Below are positions 50,432-60,405 of a DNA stretch of 64,000 nt, in pieces. The notes beneath the pieces were generated by a model. The model ran no database searches. It was given only the letters and a program-made list of their open reading frames with translations, and was not told where the DNA came from. Within the stretch, counting starts at the first letter, position 1; each line of letters starts with the position of its first letter. The stretch comes from Spirochaetia bacterium (GTDB lineage Bacteria > Spirochaetota > Spirochaetia > UBA9216). Both the position numbers and the translations under genes were made by a program. The stretch is from contig OZ223270.1 of the NCBI GenBank assembly GCA_965140585.1, forward strand, positions 224,001-288,000, read 5' to 3'.

Positions 50432-51622
50432 ATGAAAATTACAAGTATCGATGTATTCGAATTAAATCCCAATGTAATGGGAGGCGTTATCTGTGTAAGA
50501 ATTAACACAGATAAAGGAATCTCAGGCTTTGGAGAAGTAGGCTTATCATACGGAAAAGCACATTATGCCGGTGTTGGGATTGCGAGAGACTTTGGTGCTC
50601 TGCTCATCGGTATGGATCCAGAAAAGATTGAAGCTATCTGGGAACACATATTCCGAACAACATTCTGGGGAATGGGCGGTGGTACCGTAATTAACGCAGG
50701 TATCAGCGCTATCGACACAGCACTCTGGGATATTAAGGGTAAAGCCCTGGGTGTTCCAGTCTATGAACTTCTGGGTGGAAAAACAAACGATAAGATTCGA
50801 ACCTATGCAAGCCAGCTGCAGTTTGACTGGGATGAGGAACACCGCTTCCTTACAGAACCTGAGCAGTATGCTGAAGCTACCCGAAAGGCGATGGCAGAAG
50901 GTTATACAGCTATTAAGGTGGATCCCATAGGTGTTACAGCTGATGGGAAATGGGCCCGGGAAGCTACGAACCCGGACTGGAAGATGAGGGGAAAACTCTC
51001 CCATGAAATGATCCAGACCGCATACAACAGAACTGCAGCCATGAGGGAAGCAGGCGGACCTGATTTAGATATAATTATTGAGCTGCATTCATTTACTGAC
51101 ACAATAACAGCAATTCAGCTTGGACAGGCGCTTGAAGATCTTAATATTTATTATTATGAAGAACCTGTGCATCCGTTGAATGCAATCTCAATGCTTGAAA
51201 TTCATAATAATGTGAATATTCCGATAGCAAGCGGTGAAAGAATCTACACTCGCTGGGGATTCAGGGATTTCCTCGAAAAAAGAGCTATTCAGGTTATTCA
51301 GCCTGATCTCTGTATTACCGGTGGAATTACAGAGACTAAAAAAATCTGTGACATGGCTAACATATACGATTGCGGTGTACAGCTTCATATCTGCGGAGGG
51401 CCGATAGCTACTGCAGCATCTCTTCAGGTAGAAGCTGTTATTCCTAACTTCCTGATTCATGAGCTGCATGAAGGAGCCTTAAAGAAGGGAATGAGAGAGC
51501 TTTGCGTTCATGACTATATGCCTGAAAGCGGATATTACGAAGTTCCTGATCTCCCCGGAATCGGGCAGGAACTCACAGAAAAGGCAATGTCTGAAGCCAT
51601 CAATGTTTATACTATTAAATAG
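50432..51622 (+). CDS. Mandelate racemase/enolase superfamily dehydratase (acid-sugar dehydratase-like)
   Basis: SAIDTALWDIKGK, YELLGG, KVDP, IELH, YEEP, GER, QPD, HE. Confidence 0.9.
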   Translation: MKITSIDVFELNPNVMGGVICVRINTDKGISGFGEVGLSYGKAHYAGVGIARDFGALLIGMDPEKIEAIWEHIFRTTFWGMGGGTVINAGISAIDTALWDIKGKALGVPVYELLGGKTNDKIRTYASQLQFDWDEEHRFLTEPEQYAEATRKAMAEGYTAIKVDPIGVTADGKWAREATNPDWKMRGKLSHEMIQTAYNRTAAMREAGGPDLDIIIELHSFTDTITAIQLGQALEDLNIYYYEEPVHPLNAISMLEIHNNVNIPIASGERIYTRWGFRDFLEKRAIQVIQPDLCITGGITETKKICDMANIYDCGVQLHICGGPIATAASLQVEAVIPNFLIHELHEGALKKGMRELCVHDYMPESGYYEVPDLPGIGQELTEKAMSEAINVYTIK

Positions 51623-51662
51623 AAGAAATTAAAGTAAAAAAGTACACCCTAAATATTTCGAT

Positions 51663-51698
51663 AAGAGAGGAGAGCTGCTGGTCAGTTCTCCTTTCTTT
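51663..51698 (+). terminator. Terminator between the enolase and TauE genes
   Basis: AGGAGAGCTG-ctggt-CAGTTCTCCT followed by T-rich tail. Confidence 0.6.
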
Positions 51699-51741
51699 AA
51701 TATTTAATTATCAATTGACATATCAGCCAGAAGAATACAAC

Positions 51742-52533
51742 TCAAATAAACCACTTAAAAATATTATAGATGCAGATACAGATGATGATACCCATTACGA
51801 TACAGAAGAGCTTGTCTACATCCTTATATGTCATTTTTCCAAGCAGCTTTGAGCCCATCACCCCTCCGCTTACACCGCCGACAATCATAAGAACAAGTGT
51901 AAGTCCACTGAACGGCGGAACATTACCCCCTGATACTGTAAAGATTAAATTTGCGAACTGTGAGAAAAATATTATATACAATGAGGTAAGCGCAGCTCTT
52001 TTAGAATCCATTGCAAAGAAAAAATAAAGAACCGCAAGATTAATAGGCCCCCCGCCGATTCCCAGAAAGCTGGCAACACATCCAAGTGTTATTCCGGTAA
52101 AAAGACAGAAAGCATTGTTTTTTATATGCAGCGGTTTGACTTTATCTTTGTTAAGAGTAAACACAAAGACCCCGGCTGTCATCATAAGCAGAAGAGAAGA
52201 CTGGATTACACCAAGAACAAGTTCATTACTGTAGGCGGCTTTTATTAGATCAAACAGAAACTTTCCTGCAAGCCCCCCGACTACGCCGCCTGCTGCCATC
52301 TGAGTTCCAATTCTCTTATCGAGGTGAATATCGGATTTTCTGTTTCGTATAAGAGAAGAGGCAGTCATAGATAAAACAGTACTGCCGGACAGAAATCCTA
52401 CTGAAGCAACGCTCATAGGGCTAAACAGATCGAGCAGCGGCTTGATTATCACGCCACCGCCTATACCGCTTATCGCGCCGACAATTGAAGCTATTATACT
52501 TATAAAAAAGTAAATTAATACAATAATACTCAT
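51742..52533 (-). CDS. TauE/SafE (sulfite exporter) family membrane protein
   Basis: GAISGIGGGVIIKP and FLGIGGGPIN internal repeat; 8 TM segments. Confidence 0.88.
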   Translation of the reverse strand: MSIIVLIYFFISIIASIVGAISGIGGGVIIKPLLDLFSPMSVASVGFLSGSTVLSMTASSLIRNRKSDIHLDKRIGTQMAAGGVVGGLAGKFLFDLIKAAYSNELVLGVIQSSLLLMMTAGVFVFTLNKDKVKPLHIKNNAFCLFTGITLGCVASFLGIGGGPINLAVLYFFFAMDSKRAALTSLYIIFFSQFANLIFTVSGGNVPPFSGLTLVLMIVGGVSGGVMGSKLLGKMTYKDVDKLFCIVMGIIICICIYNIFKWFI

Positions 52534-52844
52534 CTTTGAATTCCGTTGACAGTTTAGATTATTATTGAAGTTTTTCAAAGACTGTCTTCAGAAAGTATTT
52601 CAATCTCTCCATTATAAAGCGTAGAATCAAAATAACCGAAATTACAGCATCGGAATAGGCGTCACAGCATTCAAACACAAGATAATCATAAACTTCAAAG
52701 GAGGCACAATTAAATTAGCAGGAAAAATGGTTTAAATATTTAGGAAGGTTTTAAAAAATTATAATGAGAGGCCTTTAATTGATTTATTTAATCTATATCA
52801 ATGTGCTGTATATAGTTACCGGTAACCGACAGCAAATACGGGCA

Positions 52845-53264
52845 TCAGTCAATTTCATAAAACTTAATCACCAGACCTTCGTCACCCCTGACGCCTTCTC
52901 CGCGGAATTTATTACTATGCAGATAGGGGGCAAGGGTCTTGCTGTCGGTATAAAATGTAGGGATAGTTTTAAAGGGTTTAGGCGCATCAAGATTGAAAAA
53001 GGCATTATTCTCGATATAGATTTTACAGGCAGCTCCTGTATTGTCAGTTCCTTCAGCCATATAACGGGCGGACATATGCTTTACACCGTTCACATCGACA
53101 AGCTGTGTATCAACTCCGCCTGGAAGCAGGTCACCGTTGAAGATTTCACTCTTAACTGACCCGGTAAAAGGAATCATAATGATCGATCCTGCGGGGCCGT
53201 CCAGCTGACTTCTTTCTTCCTGATTGATTTCAACAAAGACTTCCATCATAAGCTTATCGGCCAT
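52845..53264 (-). CDS. DUF3237-like beta-barrel protein
   Basis: IPFTG, LPGGVDTQ, SARY, IYIEN, PTFYTD. Confidence 0.65.
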   Translation of the reverse strand: MADKLMMEVFVEINQEERSQLDGPAGSIIMIPFTGSVKSEIFNGDLLPGGVDTQLVDVNGVKHMSARYMAEGTDNTGAACKIYIENNAFFNLDAPKPFKTIPTFYTDSKTLAPYLHSNKFRGEGVRGDEGLVIKFYEID

Positions 53265-53325
53265 ATATCACTCCATTTAATTTCCTGTATTTAGAAACAG
53301 AGTCTAACCGCAAATCTTTAGAACT

Positions 53326-54168
53326 TCAATAGTGTACATGATTAACCTTCACATCCCGTATATTGAAGCAGGCGTAGCAGTACTCCAAACCATCCCTTAG
53401 CCATATAGCCTCTCCAAAAGATGTAATCTTTAAACCGTTGTTTTCTTTGTATTCAATTAAAGGGGTAGCCCATCGAAGCATCTCGTATGTGCCGTCTTCA
53501 TTCAGAAAGTACCGATCTTCGGATATGAAATTTACCATCTGTCCTGATTCATTGAAGTAGAGAGTGGCTGTTACACTTATTCCTTCATTTGTAAATGTAC
53601 CCTCTGCGGTAAGCTTGTCTATCTCACGCCAGCTTATCCTTGAATCTATAAGTGAAGAAGGAACAAGAACACACATATCATTGAAGACTGTTACGGTCTC
53701 ACCCTTGTTCATCTCCGGCGCTCTGGCATCTGCTACCTTAAAAAGATCGAGAATTTTAACTACCATAGTAGCCTTTGCTGTTTCATAATGATGAAGGCCG
53801 AATATTTTAAGTCCCATAAATTTCATCTTCATAAAAAACAATCTTGCCGGACTTTCTATAAAACTGCTCTGCTGAACCGGAGCCCAGCCCCTATCAGGAC
53901 TCATCTTAAAATCTCCGTCTATCTCCGCTGTAAAAAACTTCACCTTCTCTGTTCCGACGGATCCTGTATACTCAAGGTATTTTCTGACAGGTTCAGGAAG
54001 AGGGGCAAGATCCTCAGATGTAATCAGTTCGGATTCAGAGGCAGGCAAAGATTCAGTAAGACGTTTCCCCTGATTTTTAAAGTTCCTGTAAGTCGATTTT
54101 AAATTTACTATTTTATTTTCCTTTGTGATAAAATCTCCGATACTAATAACAAACACATTAAAACGCAT
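53326..54168 (-). CDS. DUF6544-like conserved hypothetical protein (start uncertain)
   Basis: DLAPLPEPVRKYL..G.VG, PARLFFM, GETVTVFNDMC..PS.L, F.S.DRY. Confidence 0.6.
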   Translation of the reverse strand: MRFNVFVISIGDFITKENKIVNLKSTYRNFKNQGKRLTESLPASESELITSEDLAPLPEPVRKYLEYTGSVGTEKVKFFTAEIDGDFKMSPDRGWAPVQQSSFIESPARLFFMKMKFMGLKIFGLHHYETAKATMVVKILDLFKVADARAPEMNKGETVTVFNDMCVLVPSSLIDSRISWREIDKLTAEGTFTNEGISVTATLYFNESGQMVNFISEDRYFLNEDGTYEMLRWATPLIEYKENNGLKITSFGEAIWLRDGLEYCYACFNIRDVKVNHVHY

Positions 54169-54213
54169 AAGTTGTTACCGCTTTATTCTAATATTAAAAG
54201 TAAGGTCAGTCAT

Positions 54214-55809
54214 ATGAAAAAAATAATAATTCTAATGTTCTTCGCGTTAAGCTTATCAATTTTATCCTGCCGCAGCATCCCGGAAAAAGTAGATATTTTA
54301 GATACAGACGATTCTGCATATCAGACCGGTACAGAATTAGAAGCCTCAGAAAAAATGAAGTATTGGAACAGTCCGAAAAAAGGAGCAAACTACTTCCCCT
54401 TGAACTATAATTCTGAATATTTCAAAGCTGCTGCAGACGCAGGAATTCAATACATCAGGTTAGGACCAAATCTTCTTCCGGCAGCGGAAAAGGATTTCCT
54501 GATTGGAGATCTGGATAACTATCAAACAATAAACAGGGCTGATCTTGAAGTACTTCTTGATATTCTTGATGATGCCGAAAAAAGCGGGATTGCTGTAATA
54601 CTTACCATGTTCGAACTGCCCGGTCACAAATACGGAAATCCCAACGAAGAGGAAACAGACTGCCGCCTGTGGAATGATCAGGAATACTGGGTGCAGTCAT
54701 TTCAATTCTGGAGGGATCTGGCCGCAGCAGTTAACGACCATCCGGCGGTTGCAGCCTACAATCCTATAAATGAGCCGGTTGCCGCATATGCTTTCGGGTT
54801 TGATGAATCTGATTCGTCATTCAGGAGATGGCTGAAAGCTACTGAAGGCACCACCGCCGATCTAAACCTCTTCAACAAAATGATGGTGAGAGCAATCCGT
54901 AAAGAAGACACCAACACTCCGATAGTACTCGACGGGTATTTGTGGGCTGATCCCAAAGGAATGCCGTATACCGAGCCGGTGGACGATCCGTACATCCTGT
55001 ATTCATTTCACAACCCGGTGCCGTGGAACTTCTCATCACTAAGCGAAAATATGGGGCGTTACAGTTATCCTGATGCGATGCCGGCATACTGGAATGGGCC
55101 GCAGGAAGTCTGGGATATTAACCGGCTGGCAGAACTTCTCAAACCGGTTGAAGAATTCGCAGCAGAAAACGGTATCCCGTCAAACCGTATTATCGCTGCC
55201 GAGTTCTGGTGCAATCGGAGAATCGCCGGATGTGATGAGTATCTGAATGATTTAATTCACCTATACAACCGCCGTGAATGGCATTGGAGCTTCTGGTCGT
55301 ACCGCTGCGGCGGAACATTTACGGCTTATGAATATGAACTTGGAGATGCACCCGATTCCGGTGAGTTTATAGTAAAGACAAAAAAAGAAATCCAGAAAGC
55401 TGAAGATCTGTATAATTATACCGACAACAGAAGCTGGCGGGTACTCAGCGCCGCTCTGAATAACACTGAGCCTGATTTTTCAGGTCTTGAGCCAAAGCCG
55501 GTATCTACAGCTGAACTTGCAGGGCTTATATCAAATCTCGGCGATGAGGAGTGGATTATCCGGGACAAGGCTGCTTTACGCCTAGCTGAATCCGGAACCT
55601 GCGCTGCAGAGGCAGTACCGGATCTTATCAGGCTTCTTAATGATGAAGAGTGGATAGTCAGGCGTTCCACCATTTACGCACTTTCTAAAATTGTGCAGGT
55701 CGATGATGAGAAAGTTTGGAATAAAGTAGATAAACTGAAAAATGATGAGGAAGAGGCTGTCAGGATTCAGGCTGCTCTTGCTCTCGGCCCGTGGAAAAAT
55801 GGATTATAA
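54214..55809 (+). CDS. GH5 (cellulase family) lipoprotein with C-terminal HEAT repeats
   Basis: Lipobox LSC; KGAN, YNPINEP acid/base, YSFH, AEF nucleophile, WSFW; HEAT repeats DEEWIIRDKAA / DEEWIVRRST / DEEEAVRIQAA. Confidence 0.82.
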   Translation: MKKIIILMFFALSLSILSCRSIPEKVDILDTDDSAYQTGTELEASEKMKYWNSPKKGANYFPLNYNSEYFKAAADAGIQYIRLGPNLLPAAEKDFLIGDLDNYQTINRADLEVLLDILDDAEKSGIAVILTMFELPGHKYGNPNEEETDCRLWNDQEYWVQSFQFWRDLAAAVNDHPAVAAYNPINEPVAAYAFGFDESDSSFRRWLKATEGTTADLNLFNKMMVRAIRKEDTNTPIVLDGYLWADPKGMPYTEPVDDPYILYSFHNPVPWNFSSLSENMGRYSYPDAMPAYWNGPQEVWDINRLAELLKPVEEFAAENGIPSNRIIAAEFWCNRRIAGCDEYLNDLIHLYNRREWHWSFWSYRCGGTFTAYEYELGDAPDSGEFIVKTKKEIQKAEDLYNYTDNRSWRVLSAALNNTEPDFSGLEPKPVSTAELAGLISNLGDEEWIIRDKAALRLAESGTCAAEAVPDLIRLLNDEEWIVRRSTIYALSKIVQVDDEKVWNKVDKLKNDEEEAVRIQAALALGPWKNGL

Positions 55810-57138
55810 TATCCTTCCCGAACCGAAAACATCCCGGCACCAGAAGCCGCTGTCCTTGACTGTCCGCTTCTGCGTTTTCATGTCGACATGTACAACACCG
55901 TACTTAAGGCTGTAACCCGAACTCCATTCAAAATTATCAAGAAGCGACCAGACAAAAAAACCTTTCAGCGGAACACCGTTCTGCTGCGCTTTATGAGCGA
56001 TATTGAAATGCTCCCTTAGAAAGTTAACCCGGCTTTCATCATGAACCCGCCCATCAGCCGGTGACGGATCATCAAAGGCCGCTCCATTCTCTGTAATATA
56101 AACAGCCTTCGGACTGTAAGCTGACTGAATATTCATAAGTGTATCGTAGAGGCCCTGAGGATAAACCTCCCTGTCGGCGCTGTGACTCACAGCCTGCATC
56201 GGAACACTTTCAGTTTCCAGCAGGCCGCCTTCAGGGCTGTGTTTCACTACAAGAGCGTTGTAGTAATTAACGCCGATAAAATCCAGGGGTACTGCTATAG
56301 CCTTGATATCCGCATCGCTCACAGCCGGCATTGAACTTTCATAAAACTCAAGCATATCATTCGGATAGCCTTTACCAAAAATAGGATCAAAGAACCAGCG
56401 GTTGAAGTAGCCGTCAAATCGAGCCGCCGCAGCATTATCCTCATCAGAATCAGAAGCCGGATACACCGGAAGGTAATTCGGCCCGATCCCGTATTCAACG
56501 TTATCAGCATTGCCTCGAATCGGTGCAGCGGCAAGCCCGTGCGACAGCAGCAGATGGTGTGAAGCTGTCAGAGTATCCTTAAGATCTCCGTATCCGGGGG
56601 CAAACTCACCGTGATGCATCCCGAGAAAGGTCACGCACCATGGCTCATTATGGCTTATCCATTTTTTTACACGGTCTCCCAGTTTTCTGCTGACTGCATC
56701 AGCATATTCAGCAAAGAGAAAGACTGTATCCCGGTTAACCCAGCCCCCTTTATCCTGCAGGCTCTGAGGGAGGTCCCAGTGATAGAGTTTTGCAAATGGT
56801 TCAATCCCGGACTCAAGAAGTTCATCCACAAGGCGACTGTAAAAATCAATGCCTTCAGGGTTGAGAACTCCACCCTTCATGACCCTGGGCCATGCAATTG
56901 AAAAAAGGTAGGCGCCGGCATTCAGGGATTTCATAAGTTTTACATCTTCCCTGTACAGGTGATAATGATCACAGGCCGTTGCACCTGAGGAGCCGTCTTT
57001 TATCTTTCCCGGAATTTCACAGAAAGTATCCCAGATTGACGGCTCTCTCCCGCCTTCTTTTACAGCCCCTTCAATCTGGTATGAAGAGGTCCCGAATCCA
57101 AAAATAAACTCTTTCGGAAAATCAAATTTCATTTTCAT
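55804..57138 (-). CDS. Beta-glucosidase, GH1
   Basis: FPKEFIFG..TSSYQIEG, ACDHYH, HWDLPQ, NEP, ITENG, WSLLDNFEW. Confidence 0.92.
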   Translation of the reverse strand: MKMKFDFPKEFIFGFGTSSYQIEGAVKEGGREPSIWDTFCEIPGKIKDGSSGATACDHYHLYREDVKLMKSLNAGAYLFSIAWPRVMKGGVLNPEGIDFYSRLVDELLESGIEPFAKLYHWDLPQSLQDKGGWVNRDTVFLFAEYADAVSRKLGDRVKKWISHNEPWCVTFLGMHHGEFAPGYGDLKDTLTASHHLLLSHGLAAAPIRGNADNVEYGIGPNYLPVYPASDSDEDNAAAARFDGYFNRWFFDPIFGKGYPNDMLEFYESSMPAVSDADIKAIAVPLDFIGVNYYNALVVKHSPEGGLLETESVPMQAVSHSADREVYPQGLYDTLMNIQSAYSPKAVYITENGAAFDDPSPADGRVHDESRVNFLREHFNIAHKAQQNGVPLKGFFVWSLLDNFEWSSGYSLKYGVVHVDMKTQKRTVKDSGFWCRDVFGSGRIL

Positions 57139-57149
57139 TCCTTAATCAA

Positions 57150-57998
57150 TCAGCCTTTAACACTGCCCAGGGTAACACCCTTGATAATATGTTTTGACAG
57201 AAGCAGGTATACAATCATCAGCGGAACAATAGCGACAAAGATAAGCATATAGACCTTGCCCAGATCAAACTTCATGTAGTCGGCACTCCTCAGCTGGGCA
57301 ATTAGAATAGGAACCGTCTTCTTAGCCTTGGAGTTAATTATCAGCGCCGGCATGAAATAATTATTCCAGGATGTAACAAAGGAGAAGATAGCCTGTACTG
57401 CCATTGCCGGCTTTAAAATGGGCAGAACAATTGTGTTGAATGTTCTTATCTCGTTTGATCCGTCCACCCTTGCAGCTTCAACTATCTCGAAGGGCAGAGA
57501 TGCTTCCATGTACTGAAGCATGAAGAAGAAAACTATAGGAGAGGCTACGGAAGGTACTATAAGCGGAATAAAACTATCCATCAGTCCCATTTTCATAACC
57601 AGCTGAATGAAGCCTGCGGCGGAAACCTGAGGAGGAACCATCATCACAAGCATAATAAATCTGAATGCAAACTCCCGCCCCTTAAACCGGTACATGTGAA
57701 TAGCATAAGCTGTCATTGCCGAAAAATAAGCGGTAAACAGTGCAGTAACAGTCGAAATAAAAACCGAATTCCCAAGGGCCTGTACTATCGGAATGTTCTC
57801 ATCGGTAAAGAGACTCTTCCAGTTCAGAAAAAATGAGTTCCCCGGAAGAATAGAAAAACCTTTAATTATCTGACCGTGAAGTCTGGTTGAATTTATGATC
57901 AGAATTATAAACGGGAAAAGAGATATCGCAGCAAGTAGAATCAGACCTGCGTAGCATAATCCGCGCTGCAGCTTTATTGTATTCAGTTCATTTCTCAT
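57150..57998 (-). CDS. Carbohydrate ABC permease (MalG-like)
   Basis: EAARVDG, SWNNYF. Confidence 0.92.
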   Translation of the reverse strand: MRNELNTIKLQRGLCYAGLILLAAISLFPFIILIINSTRLHGQIIKGFSILPGNSFFLNWKSLFTDENIPIVQALGNSVFISTVTALFTAYFSAMTAYAIHMYRFKGREFAFRFIMLVMMVPPQVSAAGFIQLVMKMGLMDSFIPLIVPSVASPIVFFFMLQYMEASLPFEIVEAARVDGSNEIRTFNTIVLPILKPAMAVQAIFSFVTSWNNYFMPALIINSKAKKTVPILIAQLRSADYMKFDLGKVYMLIFVAIVPLMIVYLLLSKHIIKGVTLGSVKG

Positions 57999-58939
57999 TT
58001 CAGCTGTCCTCTCTTTCCGTTTCCGTAATAGCTTTTCATAGTGATGTTGTAAACGACAAAACTGAGTACTGCAGTTACGATAAAAATCAGTGTGGATACT
58101 GCGCCTCCCAGTCCGAAGTTCCTGCTGAAGAGGTGTTTATTCAGATACATAATTAAAGTCATTGTAGTACGGTTAGGAAGTCCGTCTCCTTTGGTTAAAA
58201 CCTGTGGAACGTCGAACATCTGGATACCGCCGATTAAACTTGTAATCATCACATAGGCAAGTATGGGTAGAAGCAGAGGCATAATTATCCGGAAAAAAAT
58301 CTGCAGCGAATTCGCACCGTCCATCCTTGCGGCTTCAAACAGGCTTTCATCTATGCCCATAATTCCGGCCATCAGAAGAATTGTCGTGTTGCCGTACCAC
58401 ATGAGAAAATTCATTAGAGCAACAAGTCCGCGAGCAGTCGTTTTAATTGCAAGAAACCTTATCGGTGTTTCGGATATTCCCAGGCTCTGAAGAATACTGT
58501 TTACCGGACCTGCATCAGAAAATAGTGTAAAAAACAGCATTGAAAATGCCGCAGCCATGATCAAGTTAGGCAAATAGACAACCGTCTTAAAAAACGGCTG
58601 GGCCTTAAGTTTCAGCTTGCTGCTCGTAAACCAGACTGAAAGAACAAGTGAAATTACAATCTGCGGAACAAAACCCATCAGCCACATAACAATTGTATTC
58701 CAGGCATATTTGGGAACATCGGAATTAAGAAGTATTTCCGCATAGTTTTTAAGACCTACAAAATTCGGGCCTACCTGAAGAAGTCCGATTCTGTAATTCT
58801 CAAAAAGACTGTTATAAAAAGTTGATATCAGCGGTATAAGAGTAAATGTAATGTAGATCAGAAAAAACGGAGCAAGAAAAATATATCCCCACCGCGAATA
58901 GCTGATACTCTTTTTGCCCGGTGCAGCACTATTACGCAT
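57995..58939 (-). CDS. Carbohydrate ABC permease (MalF-like)
   Basis: FVGLKNY, EAARMDGA, QMFDVP. Confidence 0.92.
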   Translation of the reverse strand: MRNSAAPGKKSISYSRWGYIFLAPFFLIYITFTLIPLISTFYNSLFENYRIGLLQVGPNFVGLKNYAEILLNSDVPKYAWNTIVMWLMGFVPQIVISLVLSVWFTSSKLKLKAQPFFKTVVYLPNLIMAAAFSMLFFTLFSDAGPVNSILQSLGISETPIRFLAIKTTARGLVALMNFLMWYGNTTILLMAGIMGIDESLFEAARMDGANSLQIFFRIIMPLLLPILAYVMITSLIGGIQMFDVPQVLTKGDGLPNRTTMTLIMYLNKHLFSRNFGLGGAVSTLIFIVTAVLSFVVYNITMKSYYGNGKRGQLK

Positions 58940-58962
58940 AAAGATCCTCATTGTAGTTTATA

Positions 58963-58990
58963 AGCGGACAGGGAATATCCCCTGTCCGCT
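58963..58990. terminator. Hairpin between the SBP and permease genes
   Basis: AGCGGACAGGG-aatatc-CCCTGTCCGCT. Confidence 0.55.
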
Positions 58991-59035
58991 GTTTGAGAAT
59001 ATGAACCGGCTCAGCCTGAGCCGGCCAACTTCTCA

Positions 59036-60370
59036 TTATTTGGATAAGTTAGGATACAGTTCGGTAACAGCTGTGTAAAAGTTGTTCCAGGCCTGTTCCT
59101 CTGAAATTGTTCCGTTGAAGTAGTCACTGAAAGCATTCTGAAGCTTTTCTGTCATTCCCTGATCATAGGGGCTCATATTGCTTCTGTCTATACTTTTTGC
59201 AGAGTCAAGAAGAACTGATATGTGGTTCTGTCCAGCAAGGAATTTGTTGCTGTATTCGCTCTTTGCCATGTTACCCATAGCTTCTTCGTTATTGGTGAAG
59301 TCACCGTATTCCATTGCGATTGATTTTAGAGTTTCTTCATCACAGGTGAGTGTGTACATTACGCTGCGGATAAGATCGATATTGTCGCTTCCGGCTGCGC
59401 CGCAGATCCATGTTCCTCCCCAGCTGAATCCCTGAGGCCCCTTAACCAGAGCCCAATCCCCGTAACTTCCGTTTCCAACAGCCTTGGCACCGTTTGGATC
59501 TTCAAGAGTAGCAGGAGCAAGACAGAAATCCTGGAACCAGCTCGGTCCGAAGTATCCGAAAACCTTACCTGACAGAGTTGCACCCTGAAAGCTTTCTGCA
59601 GACCAGAGGTTTGCCTTGTTGTTGTAGCCGTTCTCTGAGTAGAGTTTAGTCTGAGCAATCCATCTTTTAATGGAAGGATCTATGTTTATCTTGTTGCCGT
59701 CTACCCATGCACTGCCCATATTATCAGAGAAAACACGGAAAGCATCATCATAACCGCTGAGCATGAAGTATCCCTTGGCCTTTGCATCTGCAGCAACCTT
59801 GTCGAATTTATCCCAGCTTGAAAGAGCAGCCTGAACATCTTCAGGTTTGTCAGAACCGATTACAGCCTTTGCAATAGATCTTCTATAGATAAAACCGCCC
59901 GGACAGGCCTGCCATGAAACGCCCTTAAGAACACCGTTTTTATCTGTCATGATATCTTTAGTGTACTTATACTGTTTTGACACATCAGCCTGAGTAAGTC
60001 CGACTTCATTTATGACATCGAGCGTGTAGGGAGTATCAACATATTTAAGAGCATAGTCAGCTTCAACAAGAAAGATATCAACTTTCTCATCATCAGCGAT
60101 ATTTTCCTGCTGAAGAAGTGCTTCATCAAGTTTGTTCTGGTAAGCATTTCCTTCATTAGGAGTAATTACCCAGTTGACTGTTACACCTTCGGGGATTAAT
60201 CCCTTTTCTTCAAAATACGCCTTGAAACGAGTCTGAAATTCCTCATTCCAGCAGTAGATGTTGAGAACCTTGCCCTGTTCTTTGGCAGTCTCCTTTTCTG
60301 CAGTTCCTCCGGCAAAAAGGCCTGTTACTGTAAGAAGCAGGCATACCGAAACGATTAGCATTCTTTTCAT
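59036..60370 (-). CDS. Carbohydrate ABC substrate-binding protein
   Basis: Signal LFAGG; GKVLNIYCWNEEF, WQACPG..YRRSIAK, SWGGTW. Confidence 0.9.
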   Translation of the reverse strand: MKRMLIVSVCLLLTVTGLFAGGTAEKETAKEQGKVLNIYCWNEEFQTRFKAYFEEKGLIPEGVTVNWVITPNEGNAYQNKLDEALLQQENIADDEKVDIFLVEADYALKYVDTPYTLDVINEVGLTQADVSKQYKYTKDIMTDKNGVLKGVSWQACPGGFIYRRSIAKAVIGSDKPEDVQAALSSWDKFDKVAADAKAKGYFMLSGYDDAFRVFSDNMGSAWVDGNKINIDPSIKRWIAQTKLYSENGYNNKANLWSAESFQGATLSGKVFGYFGPSWFQDFCLAPATLEDPNGAKAVGNGSYGDWALVKGPQGFSWGGTWICGAAGSDNIDLIRSVMYTLTCDEETLKSIAMEYGDFTNNEEAMGNMAKSEYSNKFLAGQNHISVLLDSAKSIDRSNMSPYDQGMTEKLQNAFSDYFNGTISEEQAWNNFYTAVTELYPNLSK

Positions 60371-60405
60371 ACAAATCCTCCAAATTTATTTTTATATGAA
60401 ACCTT

